64,000 nt of DNA, taken from contig NC_086108.1 in the NCBI RefSeq assembly GCF_963921235.1, positions 113,276,001-113,340,000 of the forward strand, given 5' to 3'. Of this stretch, positions 13,591-23,811 are shown piece by piece. The notes below the pieces were generated by a model. The model was not told where the DNA came from and did no database searches. It saw only the letters and a program-made list of their open reading frames with translations. This DNA comes from Mobula hypostoma. Lineage: Eukaryota. Positions within the stretch are counted from its first letter, which is position 1. Every line of letters begins with the position of its first letter. Made by a program: the position numbers and the translations under genes.

Positions 13591-13886
13591 CAATTTTACA
13601 TCCACCATGTACTAAGTTTTACTCTGAGGAGGTTTTTCTTTCACCAGAGGGTAGTGAATCTGTGGAATTCATTGTCACAGAGGGCTGCGGAGGCCAAATC
13701 GTTGGGTATATTTAATGTGAAGGTAGGTTAGTAAGGGCATGCAAAGTTACATGGAGACGGCAGGAGAATGGGGTTGAAAGGGAAAATAAATTACCATGAT
13801 TGAATGGTGAAGCAGCCTCGATGGGCAGAATGGCATAATTCTGCTCCTACATCTTATGGTCTTATGGAATCAAACAGAATACTTAC

Positions 13887-15220
13887 AGGAGGTCCTGAGT
13901 CCCCCTTGGGCCCTGGCAAGCCTTCGGAATTCAGATAGTCCAGGAACTCTTCATAATCATAGTCGTAGTTTTCAATCTCGATGTCTTCTAAACTGCCAAC
14001 AGCCGCCAAAGGCAGTGTAGAGAGAACATCGCCATTCCGGAAACTGTCCTGGTCTTGTGAGGATGGCTCCTTGGTCGCCCTGTACAAGGTTGAGTTGATC
14101 ATCTGGATTTCCCCTGTAGTGGGTGTTGCGTCATCTGCATGCCTCTCTGCCACCTCACCAGCCTCTGGGATTGAGAGGAACAACTCTTCAACATCAGGCA
14201 GGATCCTCTCCCCCGTGACTTGGTCTCCAGCACCAGTTCCCTTCCTGCTGAGTGCCAATTTGGATTTACTGCTGAAGGACTCAAAGTTCGAGCTGGTGGT
14301 GGCCAGAACAGCGGTGGAGTCAACCTGGGTGTCCAGTGGTAGGCGCAGTCTTGAGATTCCATTGAAATGCAGGGCTGGTGACATGGCAGTGGGCAGTAGA
14401 CTGGAGAAGGCCAGCGGCGGCAACAAACTGGCTTCTGCTCTTTTTAACGATGTATTCCTGTACCGAACCTCTTGGGTACTCGCCACAGCCGATGTCAGGC
14501 ATGGAGTTGTCGGTGCTTCTTTCCTTGGCACAGAGGTTGTGAACTGGGAGCTGGAACTGGCCCCTCCAACCAGTGTTGCAGCGATTGTGGGAGCCGGAGA
14601 TCGGTAGGTATCAGCCTGCCGACACTGCCTCTTTACGTAGTTGCAGTAGTTCACGGAGGCTTGCGCGCTCGGATAAACGTCAAGCTGGCATATGGTGCCT
14701 TCAAAAGGCACTGACCTCGGGCTCATCCTTCCCAATGTCAGCTGGCTGTTCCGAGAAAATTCCGGGAGCCTGATGGGTAATTCCTTGCGGACAGATTCAG
14801 CACCACAGTCAGAATAAAAGGAAGCGTATTTCCCATTGATTTCAATGGCGAACGTGTGCCACTGTCCATCATGGGCACTATATTCAAAATATACAGATGG
14901 CTTCTCAGCAATATACACAACTAATTTCCTGGGTAAAATTTGCACTCCAAATTGGAGTCTGTTTTTATTTTTAATGCTAAAGAGAAAGGCATTATTGACT
15001 CTGTGGGAGCGGAGACCCACAATGATAGTGAATTCATCTCCAATGTCCTGGGGCATGACACTAGACGTAGGGGCCTTAATGTGCACAGCTCCTGACAGGA
15101 TGATGCCCATCCCGCTGGCTGTGACCCCTGGCGGTAACGACACTGGTGCCCATGGTTGTTGAGGTGGTGTCGACAAGGCTTTGATATCTCTGAGGCCAAG
15201 ATTCTGAAGAATGTCTATAC
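13887..15220 (-). CDS. col24a1: Collagen type XXIV alpha 1, large internal coding exon (probably exon 3): TSPN/LamG N-propeptide domain, S/T/P-rich variable region, acidic Tyr cluster, first Gly-X-Y triplets
   Basis: Minus strand: acceptor ttcttttgtttcatctctag|GT ATA GAC ATT CTT CAG (G-IDILQNLGL), donor GGA CCT CCT|gtaagt at 13886. Length 1334 = 2 + 444 codons. Motifs SHRVNNAFLFSIKNKNRLQFGVQILPRKLVV, HDGQWHTFAI, FEGTICQLD..PSAQAS.NYC.YVKRQCRQAD and terminal GPKGDSGPP match COL24A1 as I recall it better than its paralog COL27A1. Confidence 0.93.
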
Positions 15221-15404
15221 CTAGAGATGAAACAAAAGAAGTGATGTATCAATTCATTTTGTGGGTTTGTAACACAGAACAGGTTGACTGAAGCATTTAA
15301 AACTGAGGAACTTCTCGCAGACAGAGGTATTAGTATATTATTGCCATGTGTACCAGATACAGTGAAAAGTTTGTCTTACATACTGTTGAAGATTAGCTTT
15401 ACTT

Positions 15405-16027
15405 GTCACAAAACTTTGACAAACTTCCACAGATATGTAGTGGAGAGTATACTGACTGGCTACATCACAGTCTGGTATGGAAACACCAATGCTTTGGACA
15501 TAAAATTTTATGAAAGGTAGTGGATTTGATCCAGTACATCACGGGTTAAGCCCTCCTCACCAATGAGCACGTCTACATGGAATGCTGTCATCGGAGAGGA
15601 TCATCCATCATCAGACATCCCCACAACCCAGGCATGCTCTTTTCCTGCTGCTGCCATCAGGTAGTAGGTACAAGAGCTTCAGGACTCGCACCACCGGGGT
15701 CAAGAACAGCTACTACCCCCCAACCATCAAACTCTTGAATAAAGTGGATGACTGCACTCACTTGCCCATCCATTGAGATGTTTCCACAAGCAGTGATCTC
15801 ACTTTAGGACTCTTTGCTTCATTATCTCATGTTCTTGTTATTTATTGTTGTTTATTTATATTTGCATTTGCACAGTTTGTTGTCTTCTGCACTCTGGTTG
15901 ATCTTTCATTGATCCTGTTATAGCTACAATTCTATAGATTTGCTGAGGATTCCCACAGGAAAATGAATCTCAGACTTGGATATGGTGACAATTATGTACT
16001 TTGATAAAGAATTACTTTGAACTTTTG
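15405..16027 (+). mobile_element. Rex1/Babar 3' fragment
   Basis: KTLTNFHRYVVESILTGYITVWYGN, HALFLLLPSGSRYKSFRTRTT; tail tactttgaacttttgaa. Confidence 0.75.
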
Positions 16028-17114
16028 AATACGCATCAAGCATACAGAGAAATGCATCGTTTACGTCGACCACCAGCACAGTCTGAGGATGTGCTAGGGG
16101 CAGCCTGTAAATGTTGCAACACTTTCGGCGCCAAAATAGCAGGCTCGCAACTCACTAACATTGGCCTGTACATCTTTGAAATGAGGGAGGAAACAGGAGG
16201 ACCCGGAGGAAATCCAGACAGACATTGGGAGAACTTGCATACCCCTTACAGACAGCAGCGGGAATCGAACCTCAACCAGTGATCGCTGGCAGCATTAAGC
16301 GACTGCACTAATCACTATGCTACTATGCCGCCCCTTCCATCTGTATGAACGCTACTGCTCCTGCAGATCAAATCATTACAGGTAGAATAAGATAAGAATT
16401 AATACAGAATAACGTGTAAAAGCAAACAGAAAGGTGCAGAGTAGGTAAGCAATAAAGTTCAAGACCATAACGAGGTAGATTGTGAGGTCAAGAACACTGT
16501 TCCTTCTAAGCTGTGCAGGTGCAAGGCCGTGCTGTAACTGAAATGCCCCCATGAACATAGCTTTTGTTGCCGTGCAGCTGGAATGGGACACAGCTAGAAA
16601 ATGTTTATGAAACATGGAAGATTTTCTTTGTTGTACTGTATTTCATTATACTCTTCAGTTAATAAATAAAATCGAAAGGATGTGAGTTTTCTTTATTCTT
16701 TCTAAATATTCATAGTATGATTACAAAAAAAAGCATTTAAGTGCCTTGCTGTTTTCAGATCATGTAACAAGTAACAATTTCCTGCTCAGAGCAATGGTTG
16801 GTCTGCGCAGCTGTAAAATATTAGAGAGAACATTGGTCAGGAGTCCATCTTTTCATACAAGAGGTCTGTTCAGTCGTCTGATAACAGTGGATCCTATCCT
16901 ATAATGGGGGGAGGAGAAGAGAGAATGTCTGGGGTGGGTGGGGTCTTTGATTTTGCTAGCTGCTTTACTGAGGCAGGCAGAAGTGTAGACAGAGTCCATG
17001 GAGGGGATGATTTAAAGAGGGAAATGTATGTTTGACAATCAGGGGACCAAGGGTGATGGGAAACTGGCACTGGAGGAGAGATGAGAGCTGGGGTAGACAG
17101 GCCATGCTATCCCT

Positions 17115-19235
17115 GACCAGAGTCTGCTAATATTTACAGCCCACAGAAGTGTCCTTCTTCCCTCTACAGATGACCTGTGGTGATGGGGGATTCGTTGGTT
17201 AGAGGAAGAGATAGGATGTTCTGTGGATGAGAACAAGATTCCCAGACAGTTTGTTGCTTCCCAAGTGCCAGGGTTAGGGACACCTCGGATCAAGTCCACA
17301 GCATTCTTACGCAGGGGAGTGAGCAGCCACAGGTCGTGATTCACATTGGTACCAGTGGGTGAGCGGGGGGTGGTGACAAGGTCCTACAAAGTGAGCTCAG
17401 GGAGTTAGGTGCTATGTTAAAGGGTGGGACCTCCAGGGTTGTGATCTCAGGATTGCTACCCATGCCATGAGGCCAGAAATAGGAAGATCACACAGCTTAA
17501 TACATGGCTAAGGAGTTGGTACAGGAGGAAGGGATTCAGATTTTTCGAACATTGGGCTCTCTTCTACGGAAGGTGCGACTTGTATAGAAGAGACGGTTTA
17601 CACCAGAGCTGGAAGAGCGCTAGTGGGAGGTTTGCTCGTGTTTGCTAGATGGGAAGTTAAACTAGAGTTGCAGGGGAATGGGAACCAGAGCACCAGAGCA
17701 GATAGTGGAGTGGTTGTGGAGAAAGATGATGTCATGCCTACATGCAAAGTCAGGAATAAAAAGGTTGAGCGTGTTGGACTAGTGGGCCTGCTGTGTTCAC
17801 CAGCAACTTTGATGTGTGTTACTTGAATTTCAAGCATCTGCAGAATTCCTCGTGTTTACGTGGGACTACTGTCTTGAGGTGCGTATATTTCAATGCAAGT
17901 ATTGTAGGAAAGGCGGATGAGCTCAGGGTATGAATCAGCACATGGAATTATGATGTAGTAGCCATTAGTGAGACTTGGTCGCAGGAGGGGCAGGACTGGC
18001 AGCTCAATGTTCCGTTGCATTAGACATGACAGAGAGGAGGGATTAAAAGAGGAGGGGTGGTGTTATTAGTCAGGGAAAATGTCATGGCAGTACTCACTCA
18101 GGACAGACCAGAGAACCTGTCGACTGAGGCTTTATGGATAGAAATGAGGAATAAGAAAGGTATGAACACATTAATGGGATTATATTATGGACCACCCAAC
18201 AGTCAACAGGATTTAGAGGAGCAAATTTGCAGAGAGATCGCAAACTGTTGCAAGAAATAAGGTTGTGACAGTGGGTGATTTTAACTTTCCACGTATTGAT
18301 CAGGGCTCCCATACTGTAAAAGATTTAGCTGGGATAGAGTTTATCAAATGTACTCAGGAAAATTTCCTTAATCAGTACATAGGAAGTCTCAACTACAGAG
18401 AAAACGATACTAGATCTTCTATTAGGGAACAACGAGACAGGGCAGATGACAGAACTTAGTGTCGGGGAACACTTTGCATCTAGTCATCATAATGCCATTA
18501 GTTCAAGATATTTATAGAAAAAGAGAGGTTTGGACCATGGGTTGAGATTCTAAATTAGAGGAAGGCCAATTTTGATGGCAGCAAAAATGATCTGGCAAGT
18601 GTGGATTGGGACAGGCTGCTTTCTGACAGAGGTGTTCTTGGAAAGTGGGAGCAACTCACACAAAATGCTGGAGGAACTCAGCTGGCCAGGCAACATCTGT
18701 GGAAAAGGAAAAACGGTCAGGATCTTGAGTCCTGATGAATGGTCTCAGACCAAAACATTAACCGCTTACTCTTTTCCATAGGTGCTGCCTGGCCAGTTGA
18801 GTTCCTCCAGCATTTTGTGTGCGTTGCTTTGGATTTCCAGCATCTCCAGATCTTCTTCTGTTGGCAAGTGGGAGGCCTTCAAAAATGAAATAGTTTGTAT
18901 GTTATTGTCAGAATAAAAAACAAGGATAACAGGTTTATGGAACCTTGGTTTTCAAGAGATATTGAAGCACTGGTTGAGAAAAAGATGGAGGTGCAGAGCA
19001 TGTATAGGCAGATAGGAACAAATGAGATACTTGAAGAGTATAAGAAATGCAAGAGAACACTTAAGAAGGAAATTAGGAGAGTTAAAAGGCATGAGTTTGC
19101 TCTAGTAGACAAGTTGCAGAAGAATCCTAAGGGCTTCTACAGACAGATATATTGAGAACATAAGGATAGCAAAGGATAAAATTTGCCCTCTGGAGTGGTA
19201 ATCTATGCGTGGAGCCAAAAAAGGAGATCTTAAAT
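17115..19235 (+). mobile_element. Older CR1 LINE 5' half (ORF1 esterase-like + ORF2 endonuclease) carrying two Penelope-derived inserts
   Basis: VMGDSLVRG, HIGT, VVISGLL (SGNH-like ORF1); GDFNFP and endonuclease remnants. Inserts at ~17783-17859 and 18652-18860. Confidence 0.8.
18652..18860 (+). mobile_element. Short Penelope-derived fold-back insertion with degenerate hammerhead motif
   Basis: 14-bp TSD ttgg(a/c)aagtgggag (18638-18651 / 18861-18874); inverted arms cacacaaaatgctggaggaactca...tgagttcctccagcattttgtgtg; central agtcctgatgaatggtctcagaccaaaac. Confidence 0.8.
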
Positions 19236-19736
19236 GGATTTTTGAAAGAAGCCTGTGCCAATTCTATTATAGATAGGGTCAGTGGAAGGTACAGCACCGA
19301 AACAGGCCCTTTGGCCCATCAAGTCCATGCTGACAATCAACCACCTATTGACACAAATCCTACACTGATCCCATTTCATTCTCCCCACAACCCCATCAGC
19401 TCACCCCAGGTTCCACCCTTCACCAACACACTGGGGACAATTCACAGCGGACGTCTTGCGGACATGGGAGGGAACTGGAGCACCAGGGGACGGAAACCCA
19501 CGTGGTCACTGGGAGAACGTGAAAACTCCATGCAGACAGTGCCAGAGGTCAGGATCGAACCTGAGTCTCTGGAGACGTGAGGCAGCAGGTATAGATTGAA
19601 TAGATCTGAAGGACAACTTTCAGTCCATACACACAATGAACTGCCAGGGGTTGTTGAGGCAGGTACAATAACAAATTTAAAAGGCACTTGAACATGATTA
19701 GGAAAGGATACGGAGGTTCATTAAGGTTATTATAGC

Positions 19737-20287
19737 TAGGGGTAAGAAGGGGACAAGCTCCCACTACCTATTAAATGCTCACAATGCTGTACATCTCAAA
19801 TAGCCTCCGACAACCAAGTCCAGCTCCTGGCCTTCATGTGTAGCTTAGCTACTAAGCCCGACAGAACCATTTTACTGACAGAAGGAGGGGCAAGGGTGGG
19901 TTACTGGCCCTTAAAACCAGTCGCTTCGGGCAGATAGAGCTCATCAGCTGTGGTTGGCAGCTCATCTTGGAGAAGGAAAACTCTGATCTCAAACCTCCGC
20001 TGCCTTGCGCCTATACCCACTCACGAGGAAGACTTCAGGAGTAAATTCTGAGCAAACATCCAGATCTTGAATCCCTGATGGCATCCGATGTTGACTTCAA
20101 CACTCATGCAATGCTGTGGTGCAAAACTGTATGGGTCTCTGCCATTCCTTTGGATTCATCAGCTGCGTGGAGAGGGGGAACCTGCTGCTCGGGCAACAGG
20201 TTACTCTCCATATCGTACTGACCTCACTTGCACATCAATTTTGACGTAGGCAGCTAGGACGCAATATCCATGGTTGACTCCAACCTA
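19737..20287 (+). mobile_element. Non-autonomous retroelement (RTE/Vingi-like), copy 1
   Basis: Shares ~400 bp with 32055-32477 (tactgacaggagaagggg...aaaaccag...ggcagctcatc...tctctgccgttcctttgg...tatcgtactg). Superfamily assignment is tentative. Confidence 0.55.
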
Positions 20288-20483
20288 CTAGATGATATAT
20301 GCCAAAAGTGGTCAAATGTGACTTGTTTCAATGGGAATCTTAGTGGGCATGGGCCAGTTGGGCAGAAGGGCCCGTTTCTATACTGTGTGGCTCTTTGAAG
20401 CTGCCCACTGGATCCTGTGCCACACACTTAATAATGGGGCAAAATTAAAAACTAATCGGGGGATTTACTTCAACAGCCGTGAG

Positions 20484-20997
20484 CAGACATCCCACCACTC
20501 CCCGACGTTCCGGGAGTCTCCCGCATACTAATAGTGGCTCCCTGATGCCCGCAAATTATATAAAATGTCCCGGAAATCAATTTTTTTGAGAGAAAGAGAG
20601 TGAGCGTGTGCGAGAGCGCAAGCAAGAGAGAGAGCGAGAGCGCGCCATGGCTGGGTGTTCCAAAAAAAGAAAATATAAAACGTACGTCACCCCAGACTAC
20701 ACTAAAGAGTACGCCTGCCTAATAGGGGTCAAAAATAATGACAGTGTTGCTCACTGCACTGTTTGCAACAGTGACTTTTCTCTTGCCCATGGTGGGTTAA
20801 GACTGTAAAAGACGCGTTGAGGTGAGTTTAACAGGTGTCATTCGTTCATTAGCATAGCTAATGTTATTTAAACTAGCTGGCCAGCTGCTAAGGAGCTACT
20901 CTATTGCAGACGTGGACCTCTCCCGGAAGTTCTGGGAGCTCCCACAAATTGATGGTGTTACCTCCCTGAAATGAGTTTTTGCAGGGTGGAATGTCTG
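20484..20997 (+). mobile_element. Non-autonomous hAT-like DNA transposon (MITE), copy 2, inserted in a CR1 3' fragment (~20415-21570)
   Basis: TIRs CAGACATCCCAC...GTGGAATGTCTG; 6-bp TSD CGTGAG (20478-20483 / 20998-21003); MAGCSKKRKYKTYVTPDYTKEYACLIGVKNNDSVAHCTVCNSDFSLAHGG. Confidence 0.85.
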
Positions 20998-22338
20998 CGT
21001 GAGGTAATGTTGCAGCTCTCTAAAACCCTGGTTGCACCACACTTGGGAGTATTGTGTTCAATTCTGCTCACCTCGTTATAGGAGGGATGTGGAGAGGGGC
21101 AGAGGAGATTTACCATTCTGGATTAGAGAGAATGTTTTATGTGGGCGGGTTGAGTGAGCTAGGGCTTTTCTTTCTGGAGTGAAGGAGGATGAGAGGTGAC
21201 TTGATAGAGATGTACAAGGTGATAAGAGGCATTGGTAGATTGGACAGACAGAGACTTTTTTCCAGGATGGCAATGGCTAATAAAAGGGGGGCATAATTTT
21301 AATGTGATTGGAGGAAAGTACAAAGGGATGTCAGAGGTAGGATATTTTAATATACACAAAATGATAAGTGTGCGGAATGCCTTGCCAGGTATCGTGGTAG
21401 AGGTGGATACATTCGGGATATTTAAGAGACTTTTAGATGGGTAACATGGATGATGGAAAAATGGAGAGTTATGTGGGAAGGATTAGTTTGATTTTAGAGT
21501 GGGCTAAAAGGTTGGTACAACATTGAGGGCTGAAGGGCCTGTAATGTGCTGTACTGTTTTGTGTTCTAAGTCTTTGGAAAGGGAGGCTAGGGGGTGCTAT
21601 GGTAACATAGCAGTTAACAGGACGCTCTTACAGCCCGGGGCGATCTCGAGTTTGGAGTTCAATGCCAGTGTCTTCTGTAAGGAGTTTGTATGTTCTCCCT
21701 GTGAACCGTGTGGGTTTCCTCCAACTACTCTGGTTTCATCCCACCGTCCAAAGTAATGGCTCATCATAAATTGCCTTGTGATCAGACTTGTGTTAAATAA
21801 AAGTATCGCTGGACGGTGAGGCTCCTTGGGCCAGAAAGACCTGTTCTGTGCCGAACCTCTGAGTAAACAAACAAACAAGTAAATAAATGTCTCGAGAGGT
21901 AGTTTTCTCAACAGGACAGTGAGCGATTTGAAAAGCAGGTGAGAATGCTGGACTTGGATTAGTGCGGACCAGGTGTCAGCGTGAGTTCAGTGAGCATGGG
22001 TGCTGGTTGTTTGATCAAAGTACCGAGTACAGCTCCCTTTGTTTGCGCTAAATTGCAATAAGTGATTGATGGCCCTGTCTCCTGTGTGACTCACCAAAAA
22101 ATGACGGCAAGATTATGGCAGCTGCCTGGATGATTCACGGCCCAGGCACTGACATGACAGCACTAGACAGCTCTGCTACCCCCACAAAACTGGTTTGGCC
22201 ACCTTTCAGCTTCTTCGACAGGTCTGCAAGCTGCCATGAGCAGCTTATGTTCGGTATAGCTTCTATAAGCACACCAACACCACGTCGAACACAACTGATC
22301 GGTATGAAAGATCCATCAAACCAAATACTTTCTCATAA

Positions 22339-23272
22339 ACAAGAGATTCTGCAGATACTGGAAATACAGAGCAACACACACAAAACGCTGGAAGAACTCG
22401 GCAGCATTAATGGAAGTGTATAAACAGTTAACGTTTCACCCCTGGAAAGGAAGGGAAATGAGGTGGGGGAGGGGAAGGAGGACATATTCCCCTTGCAAGT
22501 AATCTCTCTCTCCTGGCACATACTCCTGCAAGCAACCAAAATGCTATACCTGCCCATTTACCTTCTCCCTTAACTCCATTCAGGGCCCCCAACAGTCCTT
22601 CCAGATAAGACAACACTTCACCTGTGAATCTGTTGTGGTCATCTATTGTACACTGTGCTCCCAAAGTGGCCTCCTCTGTATCGGTGAAACCCAGCGTAAA
22701 TTGAGGGACTGATTTGTTGAGCACCTCTGTTCCATCTGCCAAAAGCGGAATTTCCCAGTGGCCCCAAGCATTTTAATTCCTCTCCCCGTTCCCATTCCGA
22801 CATGCCGGACCATGGACTCCTCTCTTGCAATGATGAGGCCACTCTCAAGGTGCAGCACCTCATGTTCCGTCTTGGCAGACTCCAACCTGATGGCATGAAC
22901 ATCGGGTTCTCCTTCCAGTAAATTTTATCTCCCTTCCCCTTCCCTCTTTGCTATTCCCCACTCTGGCCTCTTACCTCTTCTCCTCAGCTGCTGATCACCT
23001 CGCACTGATGCCCTTCCTCTCTTTTCTCTCACGGTCTGCACTCCTCTCCGATCAGAATCCTCTCCTCCGACCCTTCACCTTTCCTACACACCTGGCTTCA
23101 CCTTCTCGCTTGCCCACTTTCTCCTCCCGCCCTCCACCTTTTTATTCTGGCATCTTCCCCCTTCCTTTCCAGACCTGAAGAAGGGTCTCAGCCCAAAATG
23201 TCGACTGTTTATCAACTTCCATAGATGCTGCCTGACCTACTGAGTTCCTCCAGCATTGTGTGTATGTTGCTT
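22339..23272 (+). mobile_element. Penelope-like element: GIY-YIG endonuclease remnant + 3' UTR, flanked by inverted terminal repeats
   Basis: + strand 22480-22920 reads CYTCPF...QHFTCESVVVIYCTLCSQSGLLCIGETQRKL...EHL...FRLGRLQPDGMNI. Terminal repeat 22339-22437 is the inverse of 23200-23272. Hammerhead-like ctgaaga-agggtctcagccc-aaaa-tg-tc-gact at 23175-23206. Confidence 0.85.
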
Positions 23273-23811
23273 TGGAAAGAGGATGAGCTAAGAAGTAATG
23301 GGTGAAGTTAGGTGGATGGGGGAAGGATATGAAGTAAGAAGCTGTGAGCTGATGGCTGGAAAGGTAAGGGGCTGGAGAGGAAGGAATCTGATAGGAGGGG
23401 AGAGTGGCCATTGGAGAAAGGGAAGGAGGAGGGGACCCGGGGGAGGTCAGCTGAAGAGGTAAGTGGCCAGAGTGAAGAATTGAAGAAGAGGGAGGGGAAC
23501 GGGGGAAAAAAACTAAAAGTTGGAGAAAACATCCTCTCAGTTCCTTTTTCAGCCTTGCAGTTGGCACACGCAATGCCGAAGGATAAATGCTCCCACAGAG
23601 AGTGGTCGAGGAAAGGAGTGTTTTACAGCCAAGGTGGAAATGAGAGAATTATGACAGGCTGTTTGTCCACAAACATGCGTCCAAAATGGTGGGCATACCA
23701 CGCTGTTGCATAGACACTTGTGGGCGGCCCCCAGCCAATCTCTAGGTGTGTTCAAAGTAAATGATGATAGTTCCTATAAACGTCACCATATACAGTACAC
23801 TATGATTCACT

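Noticed and set aside
13854..13886. ORF-track C-terminus VSILFDSIRP and start at 15176
   Set aside because: Read-through into the intron past the gtaagt donor; the true exon is 13887-15220.
1..13886. Search for downstream Gly-X-Y collagen exons
   Set aside because: No (GGN NNN NNN)n exon with splice sites found by eye; the next exon probably lies outside the window, though a short exon could have been missed.
13981..14607. 208-aa antisense ORF over the collagen exon
   Set aside because: Shadow ORF of the coding strand with no recognisable motifs.
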